From: an uncultured Candidatus Saccharibacteria bacterium
GTDB lineage: Bacteria > Patescibacteriota > Minisyncoccia > Phycocordibacterales > JACOZG01
Direction: 5' to 3'
Assembly: GCA_964360815.1 (NCBI GenBank)
Contig: CAYHYA010000003.1
Span: 1 to 63,433, forward strand
DNA: 63,433 bases
How positions within the stretch are numbered: the first letter of the stretch is position 1; every line of letters starts with the position of its first letter. Position numbers and translations under genes: made by a program. The notes beneath the pieces are model-generated. The model was not told the DNA's origin, searched no databases, and saw only the letters and a program-made list of their open reading frames with translations. Below, piece after piece: positions 26,716 to 37,100 of the stretch.

Positions 26716-28914
26716 ATGCGTCTAAAAAGTTTAGAACTAGTTGGTTTCAAGTCTTTTGCCAAGAAAACGACCATGGTCTTTGACGCGCCGGTCGTGGCCG
26801 TGGTTGGTCCAAACGGTTCCGGTAAATCCAATATCGCCGAGGCCTGTCGCTGGGTGCTCGGAGAACAATCGCTTAAATCCCTGCGCGGCCGACGGGGCGA
26901 AGACTTCATTTGGCACGGCAGTTTGGGCACGCCGCGCGCTGTTGAGGCCGCGGCGACGATCATCTTCGATAATCAAGAGCGGCAGTTTCCCGTTGAAGCG
27001 GCCGAGGTCGCAGTGAAGAGAGAGGTTGGTCGTGACGGTAGCAACACGTATTTCTTAAATCAATCACCGCTTCGGCTGAAAGATTTAAACGAATTGCTTC
27101 AGCGCGCTTCGCTCGGGCCGGCCGGTTATCACATCATTAGTCAGGGCGAAGCTGATAAAATTTTAACCGCTAGTCCGGATGAACGCCGCCAGTTGGTGGA
27201 AGCGGCGCTCGGTTTACGTTTTTATGAATGGCAACGTTTGGAAACCGAACGGAAGTTGGAGAAAACGGCCGAGAACTTGAAGCAAGTGGAAATTTTGCGC
27301 AAAGAAATTACGCCGCATTTGAAGTTCCTGAAGAAAGAAATGGAAAAAATTGCCCGTTCGCAAACTCTGCGGCAAGAACTGAAAACTGTGGCCCGAGAAT
27401 ATTTCCAGCATCAAGCGTCGTATTTGACGGTCGAGAAAAAGCGTTTGACCGAAGCCCAAGTTGAACGGGAGGAGAAGATTACCGCCCTGATGACCGAATT
27501 AGCTAAACACGAACGAGCGGCCAAAGAGGTGGGACCCGAGGCGGAAGAACGCCGCGCGCGCCTCTTGTCAGCGGAAAAAAAGTTACGTGACTTAATCGGC
27601 GAACGCGAGAAATTAACTCATCGCTTGGGGCGGGTGGAAGGACTGCTCGAAGCTCAACCGGTTGACCCGACGGACAATCATCAAACCGTGGACGCCAAAC
27701 GTGTGCGTGAGTGGTCGCAGGCAATCGAGACATTGGCCGATTATGGTCAAGGATTAAACGATCCACCGTTAATTCGCGCCGCTTGGGGCAAGCTTAAACA
27801 GTTGGTGTTGGAAATCAAAAATTTGCTTGGCGCGAACCAGCTTCGTCCGACCAGTGTCGGTCAGGCGGCAACGGAAGATCTCAAACAAGAAAAAAGTTCG
27901 CTGGACGAAGCACTGGCCCAAATTAACCAGCAAATTGTTCAGGATGAAAAAGAGCTCACGTCGATCCGTCAGGAACTGGAACGCGAAACTCTCACCCGGA
28001 GTCAAGGCGAACGCGCTGGTTTGCAATTAAAATTTGACTTGACCAGCGAACAAGGGCAACTTGCTCTGATTCAGGCCAATTCTGATCAACTGAAAATTTT
28101 ACAAACCGATTTTGATCGGGAATTGTCCGAGGTGGTGTCGTTAACCGATCGGGAATTGCTCGATCAGATCAAGGCCGCGCCAGTGGTGGAGCGAGAAGTG
28201 TCGCGGGCCGAACAAGAGCCGCGCCACCGACAGTTGGAACGATTGAAAATGCAACTCGAAGAAGCTGGTGGCGGTTCGAGCGATGTGGTCACCGAATACG
28301 AACAAGTTTCCGGACGCGAAGCGCATTTAGCACGCGAGGTGGCCGACCTAACGAACAGTCTTCAGTCGTTAGAAAAAGTCGGTGCTGATTTGAAAGAAAA
28401 AATCAATTTGGAATTCAAGGCCGGTCTTTTGCGGATCAATCGTCAGTTCCAAGAATTTTTTAGTTTACTGTTTGACGGCGGTCAAGCCGAGTTGCGGACA
28501 GTCAAAATTGCCGAAACCGTTAACGAGGAAGAAGCATTATCAGCCAAAACTCCTCCGACCCTCGGTTTGGAAATTGAAATTAATTTGCCGCGCAAGCGCG
28601 TGCGCGGATTAGAAATGCTTTCCGGCGGCGAACGTTCACTCACCTCGATCGCCCTGCTCTTTGCCTTATCGCGCGTTCATCCGCCGCCGTTTATGATTCT
28701 TGACGAAACGGACGCCGCTCTCGATGAAGTTAATTCGCGGAAATATGGCGATATGGTCGAAGCTCTCGGCAAAGAAACGCAACTAATCTTAATTACCCAC
28801 AACCGCGAGACCATGTCTCGCGCTGGCGTAATCTACGGCGTCACTATGGGTTCAGACGGCGTCTCGCGCCTCCTCTCAATCAAGTTCGACCAAGCGACCG
28901 AATACGCGAAGTAG
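26716..28914 (+). CDS. smc: SMC-family ATPase, short (732 aa) with no recognisable hinge domain
   Basis: N-terminal Walker A (VVGPNGSGKSNIAEA), a long coiled-coil middle section, and a C-terminal signature/Walker B (LSGGERSLTSIALLFAL ... FMILDETDAALD). Its position after rnc mirrors the rnc-smc synteny. I see no G-rich hinge motif. Confidence 0.75.
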   Translation: MRLKSLELVGFKSFAKKTTMVFDAPVVAVVGPNGSGKSNIAEACRWVLGEQSLKSLRGRRGEDFIWHGSLGTPRAVEAAATIIFDNQERQFPVEAAEVAVKREVGRDGSNTYFLNQSPLRLKDLNELLQRASLGPAGYHIISQGEADKILTASPDERRQLVEAALGLRFYEWQRLETERKLEKTAENLKQVEILRKEITPHLKFLKKEMEKIARSQTLRQELKTVAREYFQHQASYLTVEKKRLTEAQVEREEKITALMTELAKHERAAKEVGPEAEERRARLLSAEKKLRDLIGEREKLTHRLGRVEGLLEAQPVDPTDNHQTVDAKRVREWSQAIETLADYGQGLNDPPLIRAAWGKLKQLVLEIKNLLGANQLRPTSVGQAATEDLKQEKSSLDEALAQINQQIVQDEKELTSIRQELERETLTRSQGERAGLQLKFDLTSEQGQLALIQANSDQLKILQTDFDRELSEVVSLTDRELLDQIKAAPVVEREVSRAEQEPRHRQLERLKMQLEEAGGGSSDVVTEYEQVSGREAHLAREVADLTNSLQSLEKVGADLKEKINLEFKAGLLRINRQFQEFFSLLFDGGQAELRTVKIAETVNEEEALSAKTPPTLGLEIEINLPRKRVRGLEMLSGGERSLTSIALLFALSRVHPPPFMILDETDAALDEVNSRKYGDMVEALGKETQLILITHNRETMSRAGVIYGVTMGSDGVSRLLSIKFDQATEYAK

Positions 28915-28947
28915 CTTAGGTTTCGTTTCTTTGGACACTTTGACCCT

Positions 28948-28982
28948 CGGTTTGCTTCGGCAGACCGGGGGTCATTTTATTT
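28948..28982 (+). terminator. intrinsic terminator after smc
   Basis: Hairpin cggtttgc-TTCG-gcagaccg (8 bp with a TTCG tetraloop) at 28948-28967, followed by gtcattttattt. Confidence 0.55.
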
Positions 28983-30912
28983 AAGCGAAAACAAAATCAA
29001 TCATTCGTTGGGCGGGGTTGACGGCGGTGACGCGCACGCGCACGCGGTCGCCGAGACGGTAGCGCCGACCGGTGCGTTCGCCGATCATGGCGTAATTTTT
29101 TTCGTCAAAAACATAAAAATCATCGCCAAGCTCGCTTAATCGCACCAGCCCTTCAGCCAAGGTTTCCGTTTCTTGGATAAAGATACCCCATTTGGCCAAA
29201 CCGGAGATTAAACCGTCGAAAGTTTTGCCAATTTTATCCTGCATGAACTCGGCCTGCTTATACTTGATCGAATCACGCTCGGCTTCTTGTGCTTCCAATT
29301 CGCGCGCCGAGGCGTGAGCCGCCAGTCGGTGATAATCTTTCAGCATGGTTGGCGCGGGAGTTTGTCCGGCCAAATAAATTTCCAGCAAGCGATGGACCAT
29401 CACGTCGGGATAACGACGAATCGGCGAAGTGAAGTGGGTGTAGTGGGGGAAGGCCAAGCCATAGTGGCCGATATTTTTCAGATCATAAACGGCTTTAGCC
29501 ATCGTCCGCATGGTGGCGGTCTTGATCATCGCTTCTTCCGGTTTGTCGGTGATGGATTGAAGAAGGAGATTCAGGTCACGACTGTTCACGCCGTTTTTGG
29601 TTAGCGGCAAGCGATAGCCGAGCGGCCGCAGGAAGTCGGCAAGCTGTTTTAGTCGATCACGATCGGGCAGATCATGAACACGATAAACGAACCGATTTGG
29701 CTGATTTTTCACCAACCCGGAAATGTGTTCGGCCACCGCGCGGTTGGCGAGAAGCATGAAGTCTTCGACCAAAAGATGAATGTCGGTGCGAACTTTTTTA
29801 TAAACGCGGAGCGGGCGACCAGCCGGATCAAGTTCAAATTTAATTTCTTCGTTTTCGAAAGTGATGGCCCCGGCGGCGATCTTCTTTTCCCGCAAACGTT
29901 TTGCCAGTCGATCAAGCGTCGCTAGTTCTTGATAAAAGGGTCCGGCGCGGCGATCGAGCGTGGCCTGACCTTCTTCGTAGGCAAAACGTTTCTGGGAGCG
30001 AATAATCGTTTTGGCAAAACGGCGGTCGGTGATCTCGCCCTGATCGGTGAAAGTAAAAATTGCCGAAAAAGTCAGCTTATCTTCGTTCGGGTTTAAGCTA
30101 CAAAGGTCGTTCGACAGCACTTCCGGCAACATTGGGATCGTCCGGTCAACGAGATAAATCGAGGTGGCGCGCTTCTGGGCTTCTTCATCAAGCGCCGTCC
30201 CGGGCCGCACGTAGTGGGAAACGTCGGCAATATGCACTCCCACCTCCCACTGGCCGCTCGGTAACTCTTTAAGCGACAGGGCGTCGTCGAAATCTTTGGC
30301 GTCAAGCGGGTCAATAGTGAAAGTGGAAACACCACGATAATCTAAGCGTTTTTCCGGTTTCCCGCCAGCCGGTTTTTGTTCGGCGGATTTTAATTTGTGA
30401 GCCTCGGCTTCCACGGCCGGCGGGAAACCGGTGCGGAAACCGTGGTCGAGAACAATCGCTAGCATCTCGGTGTTGTGCGCGCCGGGCGGTCCGATCACCT
30501 CGAGCACTTCGCCGAGCGGATCTTTCTTCGGATCGTCCCATTTGGTAATCCGGGCTAAAACTTTCTCACCTGTTTTCGCTTGGCCGATTTTGTCTGGCGG
30601 GATCAAAATATCTTTGTAAACACGCTTGTCGTCCGGCACCAAGTAGGAGAAACCATTTTCCGATTCAAGCACGCCGACAAACTCGAGTCGTTTCCGTTCA
30701 ACAATCTCGGCCACTTCACCGGTTTTCTTATTATCCGCCGTGGGCAGAAGTAAAACCTTAACTCGGTCGCCCGGCAGGCCGGTGTTTAGCGAGTTGGCGT
30801 CAATTTCGATTGCTTCATCGCGATTCTCTTTGCCGTCCGGGCCGAGCGGGTTGACGTAGCCCACGCCCTTGGTCGAAACTCGGAGGACGCCCTCAATTAT
30901 TCGATTGGTCAT
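28981..30912 (-). CDS. rnr: ribonuclease R / RNase II-family 3'-5' exoribonuclease
   Basis: N-terminal cold-shock/OB region, an RNB domain (FTIDPLDAKDFDDALSL ... ) and a C-terminal S1-like domain. 643 aa. Confidence 0.85.
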   Translation of the reverse strand: MTNRIIEGVLRVSTKGVGYVNPLGPDGKENRDEAIEIDANSLNTGLPGDRVKVLLLPTADNKKTGEVAEIVERKRLEFVGVLESENGFSYLVPDDKRVYKDILIPPDKIGQAKTGEKVLARITKWDDPKKDPLGEVLEVIGPPGAHNTEMLAIVLDHGFRTGFPPAVEAEAHKLKSAEQKPAGGKPEKRLDYRGVSTFTIDPLDAKDFDDALSLKELPSGQWEVGVHIADVSHYVRPGTALDEEAQKRATSIYLVDRTIPMLPEVLSNDLCSLNPNEDKLTFSAIFTFTDQGEITDRRFAKTIIRSQKRFAYEEGQATLDRRAGPFYQELATLDRLAKRLREKKIAAGAITFENEEIKFELDPAGRPLRVYKKVRTDIHLLVEDFMLLANRAVAEHISGLVKNQPNRFVYRVHDLPDRDRLKQLADFLRPLGYRLPLTKNGVNSRDLNLLLQSITDKPEEAMIKTATMRTMAKAVYDLKNIGHYGLAFPHYTHFTSPIRRYPDVMVHRLLEIYLAGQTPAPTMLKDYHRLAAHASARELEAQEAERDSIKYKQAEFMQDKIGKTFDGLISGLAKWGIFIQETETLAEGLVRLSELGDDFYVFDEKNYAMIGERTGRRYRLGDRVRVRVTAVNPAQRMIDFVFA

Positions 30913-30970
30913 TAAAGATAAAATAGCATTAGCCGCACCCAGATGACAAACTTTTGATCATCTGTTAGTA

Positions 30971-31285
30971 TTGGCCGACATGGTCACAATCAGATTACAA
31001 CGAGTTGGTCGGAAGCATGACCCGGCATTTCGGGTGGTGGTGGTGGATCGCCGCCGCTCGACGAAAACCGGCAATTTCTTGGAGATTGTTGGTTCGCACA
31101 ACGCTCGCCACGGCCGGCCGAAACTAAAACCGGAACGACTGAAGTATTGGTTGGCCCACGGCGCTCAACCTTCCACCACCGTCCACAATATTCTGGTTGA
31201 TCAAAAAATCATCCCCGGACCCAAAATTAACGCTCTCCCATCGCGGAAAAAGAAGCCAGAGGAAGCCAAGCCCGCAACTGCATAA
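30971..31285 (+). CDS. rpsP: 30S ribosomal protein S16
   Basis: MVTIRLQRVGRKHDPAFRVVVVDRR is the S16 N-terminal signature. Confidence 0.85.
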   Translation: MADMVTIRLQRVGRKHDPAFRVVVVDRRRSTKTGNFLEIVGSHNARHGRPKLKPERLKYWLAHGAQPSTTVHNILVDQKIIPGPKINALPSRKKKPEEAKPATA

Positions 31286-31369
31286 CCCGGAATTTTTTTC
31301 TTTGACAGCAGTTCGGCGGGCGTGATAATCTGGAAGTATTAATAGCCAGTTAAGTCTATTAAAATCATT

Positions 31370-31711
31370 ATGACTGAAAAGTATGCAGATCAGGAATTTC
31401 TTGAGTATGTTATTAAAGCGTTAGTTGACCATCCGGAGGATATTAAAATCACTCGTAAGGTGGACGAAATGGGCGTGTTAATGACGCTCGATCTTAACCG
31501 CGAGGACATGGGGAAAATCATCGGTCGCCAGGGCAACACCGCCAAAGCCATTCGGACAATTTTGCGCGTGGTGGGGATGAAGAACAACGCGCGAGTTAAT
31601 TTGAAAATCAACGAACCGGAAGGATCAGTACGTCCGGCGGCGGGTGAGCGCGGCCCGAAAACGGCTTCGCAGTCGGTTGATGAAATAATGAATGATCTCA
31701 AGCAAGAGTAA
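31370..31711 (+). CDS. KH-domain RNA-binding protein (YlqC/UPF0109-like)
   Basis: KH motif IIGRQGNTAKAIRTIL. It lies between rpsP and trmD, as in the conserved rpsP-ylqC-(rimM)-trmD cluster. rimM is absent here. Confidence 0.75.
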   Translation: MTEKYADQEFLEYVIKALVDHPEDIKITRKVDEMGVLMTLDLNREDMGKIIGRQGNTAKAIRTILRVVGMKNNARVNLKINEPEGSVRPAAGERGPKTASQSVDEIMNDLKQE

Positions 31712-32405
31712 GCCGAAAATCGTTTTTCACCTCGTTACTATTTTTCCCAAACTAATTGACTCGTATTGGCGCGAGTCAATTATTGGTCGGGCGATCAAAC
31801 AGGGCTTGATCAGAGTGGTGACGCATAATTTGCGCGATTTCAGTGCCGATCAGAAACACCGACGAATTGATGGTCGGCCTTACGGCGGCGGCCCGGGGAT
31901 GGTCTTTGAGGCCGAGCCGATTGTTCGGGCGGTAACAAAAATCAGAGGTCGTCGCCGAAGCAAAAAAGTAAAAGTTTTAATCATGGCGGCCGGCGGCCGG
32001 CCTTTCACCAATCGTTTGGCCGAGCGCTGGGCGAAGCAATACGAACAAATTATTTTGATCGCCGGTCGTTACGAGGGGATTGACGCTCGGGTGCGGCGAT
32101 TGATTTCTGGCGCCGAGGAGATTTCCGTTGGTCCCTATGTTTTAACTGGCGGGGAATTACCGGCGGCGGTGATTGTTGACGCCATGTCGAGACAAATTCC
32201 CGGCGTGCTTCATGCCGAGCAGTCGCTTGAAGAGAAACGAATTTCCAGTCGCGCGGTTTACACTCGACCGGAGGTGATCACTTTTCGGGGCCGGCGTTTC
32301 CGCGTGCCCAAAATTTTACTCTCCGGTGATCACGCCAAGATTGACGAGTGGAAAGCTAAACCAAACCGCCAATTTGATTTATCCCCACCTATCCCAGAGA
32401 CATAA
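31692..32405 (+). CDS. trmD: tRNA (guanine37-N1)-methyltransferase
   Basis: TrmD motifs: IDGRPYGGGPGMV and ILIAGRYEGIDARV. Confidence 0.85.
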   Translation: MISSKSKPKIVFHLVTIFPKLIDSYWRESIIGRAIKQGLIRVVTHNLRDFSADQKHRRIDGRPYGGGPGMVFEAEPIVRAVTKIRGRRRSKKVKVLIMAAGGRPFTNRLAERWAKQYEQIILIAGRYEGIDARVRRLISGAEEISVGPYVLTGGELPAAVIVDAMSRQIPGVLHAEQSLEEKRISSRAVYTRPEVITFRGRRFRVPKILLSGDHAKIDEWKAKPNRQFDLSPPIPET

Positions 32406-32422
32406 TGCGATAGGATGAAGAT

Positions 32423-32598
32423 ATGAAAAGAACAACCCTGTGGTCTTGTGGAGTAATAATAGTCGGTGGTTTAATCTTGTGGTGGGAACAAGGTAACCTC
32501 AATTTCAAACTTTTTGATGTTTTTGTTCTATGTTTATTGGCATTTATATGCGAGTGGGCAGCCAAACATAGCAATTTTAACGATAACTCAAAAAATTG
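32423..32598 (+). CDS. possible small membrane protein (58 aa)
   Basis: ATG at 32423 and TGA at 32596. It is hydrophobic (LWSCGVIIVGGLILWW ... FVLCLLAFI) and sits at the start of the low-GC island. It is shorter than the ORF-track cutoff and is weakly supported. Confidence 0.3.
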
Positions 32599-33281
32599 AA
32601 ATTATTGCAAAGCTAGGTTGTATTTGATAGTTATGTACACCTACCCTGAAGGTTTGGGGGTATAATTAAACAAAGCAAAACGCCGCTTTCGGTTTAGGAA
32701 AAACGGCATTTGCTGTGGACCGGCCTTAGCTATTAGCTAGGGCTTTGTCTTTCAAGGGAAAGACAATCCAGTTGCCATTGTGGTGTTGGCACACCATTTT
32801 GTCTCCCGAAGGAAAACAAAAATTAAACCTCGTAGACATAATCTACTCGTTTAATGTCCGACGACATGGGCTGGGGAAGCCCTTAATTACTAAGTCACCC
32901 CAATCAATCGCGGACACTCGCAACTAAAAGGGATTACCTAATAAACAAAAAACCCCACTGGCCGAGGTTTGTGGGTCGCAACAGTTTCCTATTTTGACCC
33001 TGCATGTTGCAGAGTCTTTCGACCCCGCAAACACCCGCCACTAGAGTTTTTAACTTCTTGTCTTAGGTGATTACGTTTTACAAAACTCGGCCATCTCCAA
33101 CCGGAGACTCCTAAACTATACACCCATAGCTTTTTAGCAACAAGCAACATAAAATAGGGGTATCTGTGGATAAACACCCACTTATCCCACTAGGGACATA
33201 ATCTACCGACTGACGCGTGGATAACCTCACGAAGTTGTGCTAGTTGTTATGGTTTATTAAGGTTATAATTTACACAGCATT

Positions 33282-33863
33282 ATGACTCTAAATGACGCCA
33301 TCGAAATAATGAGGATTCTCGGGTTGACTTCGGAGCGGATTGTGCCGGTAGTGGTACTCGGTGCAATCTTTCTTTGGATTTTGTGGAAATATTTTTTGTC
33401 TGGCATCAAGAAAGATGTTGGCGAAATAAAAACCGAGATTGGCGACTTACACAATGCCTCTAAGGAAATCCAAATGCACCTAGAAAAGGACAGTGATGGT
33501 GACTGGCGACCACAACATTCACTCGCACAAAAGCCAGTTTACTGCTATGGAATAACCCAGAGTCCCACTGTGCCAAACGATGCCGGTAAGAAACTGTTAA
33601 CGGATTCCAAGTTTATCGAACAGTACCCCATTTTTAAGCAAGAACTTTTTGCCTTGATGGACGTAATGAGTCTACGAACCCCATACGATTACGAATTGGG
33701 GTCAATTAAGGCACTTGAACAACTGAAAACCCAACCAGTCATTGACCCGCTAAAAAATTACGCCGTTAATCACCCAAACGAACCACTGGATTTGATATTT
33801 AAGGTTGCGTCATGGGTTATCAGAGATGATTACGATTCATACAGGAAGCAAAAAAGTGAATAA
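33282..33863 (+). CDS. hypothetical protein (orphan, in low-GC island)
   Basis: 193 aa with one TM helix near the N-terminus. It is the only substantial ORF in the 1.8-kb AT-rich gap between trmD and rpoB. Confidence 0.5.
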   Translation: MTLNDAIEIMRILGLTSERIVPVVVLGAIFLWILWKYFLSGIKKDVGEIKTEIGDLHNASKEIQMHLEKDSDGDWRPQHSLAQKPVYCYGITQSPTVPNDAGKKLLTDSKFIEQYPIFKQELFALMDVMSLRTPYDYELGSIKALEQLKTQPVIDPLKNYAVNHPNEPLDLIFKVASWVIRDDYDSYRKQKSE

Positions 33864-33987
33864 ACCCCGATTTATTACCTGCGTCAAGTTAGACAAAAGT
33901 AACCCCAACACCCAGTATTTTACTAAGTGTTGCGACTACTTTCTAGGGGATACGTTTTGATTTATCCACAGCCAGTGATTGACAAGA

Positions 33988-34015
33988 TTGACAAAATTTA
34001 CCAATGGTTTAGAAT
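33988..34015 (+). promoter_or_regulatory. putative sigma70-type promoter upstream of rpoB
   Basis: TTGACA (33988-33993), a 16-nt spacer, then TAGAAT (34010-34015). A second TTGACA lies 9 nt further upstream. It is about 165 nt upstream of the rpoB ATG. Confidence 0.4.
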
Positions 34016-34178
34016 GAGCTTGCTATTTGAAGATTGTGTTGCTCCAGACTTTATTTTAATAAGCCGCATTTAACCTTGCAGAAAATAATCCCCAGTTGAG
34101 CCATTAATAATCGTCGTCACCAACCTGCCCCGTGCTGGTAGTGGGTGGTTGGCGCTTTAGTTTTATTTTTTTGGATTT

Positions 34179-37100
34179 ATGGAGAAGAAATATTTTTCTC
34201 GCTACAGAGAGCCACTCTTGCCCCTGCCGGATTCAGTAAGAATCCAGAAGGATTCTTACGACTGGCTGATCAAACACGGCTTACCGGAAATGTTTAAAGA
34301 ATTTTCACCGATCAAAGATTACTCGGAGAAAAAATTTGAGTTGTCTTTCCTTGATTTCGCTATTGATCCACCGAAATTTGACGAACATTATGCGGCGGTG
34401 AACAAGCTCTCCTACGACACGCCACTGCGAGTGCGCGTGCAACTGGTCAATAAAATTTTAAAACAAGAAAAAGAGCAAGAGATCTTTCTGGCCGACTTTC
34501 CCTTAATGACCGATCACGGCACCTTCATTATTAATGGTAACGAACGGGTGGTTGTGCCCCAGCTGGCTCGGAGTTATGGCGTCTTTTTTACCGAAACCGA
34601 ATTTCGCGGCCGGAAAAATTTTGGCGCCAAAATTATTCCGTCAAGCGGGGCTTGGGTCGAGTTTGAAACTGAAAATGACGGGGCGATCTACGTACGAATT
34701 GACCGCAAACGGAAATTCCCCTTTTCTTACCTCTTGAAAGTTTTTGCCGATTTGGCCGATCCGGCCGCGCCAGCTCTGACCAAGGAGCGTATCAAAGAGC
34801 TGTTCGTCGGTATTAGTGGTGCCGAATCCTATCTTGAAAAAACTTTGGCTCGCGACACCCTGAACTCCGTTGACGAGGCCTATCTTGAGATTTATCGCCG
34901 TTTACGCGACAGCGACTTGGCCTCGGTGGCCTCGGCCCGGGAATTTATTACTGGATTATTTAGCCGTGAGAAATACGATCTTTCAGCGATTGGTCGGATT
35001 CGTTTGAATAAGCGTTTTGCGCAGTCGCCGGCGGCAACCGGTGAAGCGCGAACCATCACTTTCGCTGATTTGGTGCTGATCATCGGGCACGTTATCACCT
35101 TGAACAATACGCCCGAGGCCGTGGCCGACGACATTGATCATCTCGGTTTACGCCGTGTGCGCTGTGTTGGCGAAATGTTGCAACAGAAACTGCGCATCGG
35201 CATGATCCAGATGCGCCGAAACATTCAAGATCGCATGTCCACCATTGATTCGAACGCCACTCTGCCGATCCAGTTCTTGAGTCCGCGACCATTGCAGGCC
35301 CGCCTGAAAGAGTTTTTTACCACCAACCAGTTGTCGCAGTTTATGAACCAGAAAAATATTTTGAGTGAGGTTGAACACCTGCGAACGCTCTCGGCGCTTG
35401 GTCCAGGTGGTCTGACGCGCAAGCGCTCTGGTTTGGAAGTGCGCGATGTTCACACTTCGCATTACGGTCGAATTTGCCCGATCCATACTCCCGAGGGACC
35501 AAACATTGGCCTGATCTTACATTTGTCTAACTATGCCCGAATCAACGAGTTCGGCATCATTGAAACACCATATGCGCGAGTTAAAAACGGTCGAATTACT
35601 CCCGAAATCGTTTATCTGAATGCTCTCGAGGAAGAGGCCTATTCAATTGCACATGGCAGTGTTGGTTACGATGAGAATTTAAATTTACTGGAGGAGGAAA
35701 TCGAGGTTCGTTTAAATACCCGACCGACAATTGTGCCTAAGCAACAAGTTGATTTTATTGAAGTGGCACCATATCAACCCTTCTCTTTGGCCACGGCCTT
35801 AATCCCGTTTCTCGAGCACGACGACGCCAACCGTGCCCTGATGGGTTCGAACATGCAGAAACAAGCAATTCCTTGCATTGCTTCGGAGTATCCTTTGGTG
35901 GCGACCGGCATGGAGGATCAGGTGGTGCGTGATTCAGGACGCTTGCTTCTCGCTCGCACGAGCGGAGTGGTCAAAAGTGTTGACGGTCAGAAAGTGGTCC
36001 TCGAAACCGAGCGGGGGATAGAAGAAGTTTATAACCTAATTAATTTCCGTAAAACTAACGACAATACCACTTTCCATCATCGGCCGGTGGTCAATTTGGG
36101 CCAGAAAGTTAAACGCGGCGAACTTTTAGCCGATACCACCTCGAGCGTGAATGGTCAGCTCGCCATCGGACAAAACGTTTTGGTCGCGTTCATGTCTTGG
36201 GGCGGGGCGAATTATGAAGACGCGATCATCATTTCCGAACGGTTGGTGCGAAACAATTTTTTCTCTAGCGTTTACGTTGAAGAATTCAAAACCAACGTGC
36301 GCGATACCAAACTCGGTCCGGAGATTACCACCTACGACATCCCGAACGTTGGCGAAGCGAAATTGAAAAATTTGGATGAGACGGGAATTGTCCGAGTTGG
36401 CGCTGAAGTCCAACCAAACGACATTCTGGTCGGCAAGATCACCCCCAAAGGAGAAACTGAATTGACGCCGGAAGAACGTTTGTTGCGGTCAATTTTTGGC
36501 GACAAAGCCCGCGACGTTAAAGATACCTCCAAACGGGTGCCGAACGGGAAAAAGGGGAAAGTGGTCGGCGTGCGGGTTTTCTCTCGCGAGCGGGGCGACA
36601 AACTGGAGTCCGGTATCACCAAACGTATTCACGTGGAGATTGCCGAACTGCGAAACATTTCGGTTGGTGACAAACTCTGCGGTCGTCACGGCAACAAGGG
36701 CGTGATTGCCAAAATTTTACCCGAGGAAGACATGCCTTATTTGGCCGACGGTACACCGGTGGATGTGATTCTTACGCCGCTCGGGGTACCAAGCCGGATG
36801 AACCTCGGTCAAATTTTTGAAATGCATCTCGGTTTAGCCGCTAATGCGCTAGGTTATCAGGCGATCACGCCGCCCTTTTCCGGAGTGACCGAACAGGAAA
36901 TCAAGTCGGAATTGAAACGGGCCGGATTTTCCGAATCGGGCAAGGTTGATTTAATTGACGGTCGCACCGGCGAGACCTTCAATCAGCAGGTGGCGATTGG
37001 TCACATGTATTTGTTGAAGCTCGACCACATGGTTAAAGACAAGATCCATATGCGTTCGACTGGTCCATACTCTTTGATTACCCAACAACCGCTCGGTGGG

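Noticed and set aside
32600-33280. Searched the AT-rich island for tmRNA, RNase P RNA and SRP RNA signatures (tmRNA tRNA-like 3' end with CCA, P4 GGAAAGUCCGG/CCGGCUUA, SRP domain IV GGAAGCAGCC).
   Set aside because: None of the signature strings or their complements is present. No call made.
34892-36705. Multiple 65-110-aa ORFs antisense to, or out of frame within, rpoB.
   Set aside because: Shadow ORFs of a highly conserved gene.
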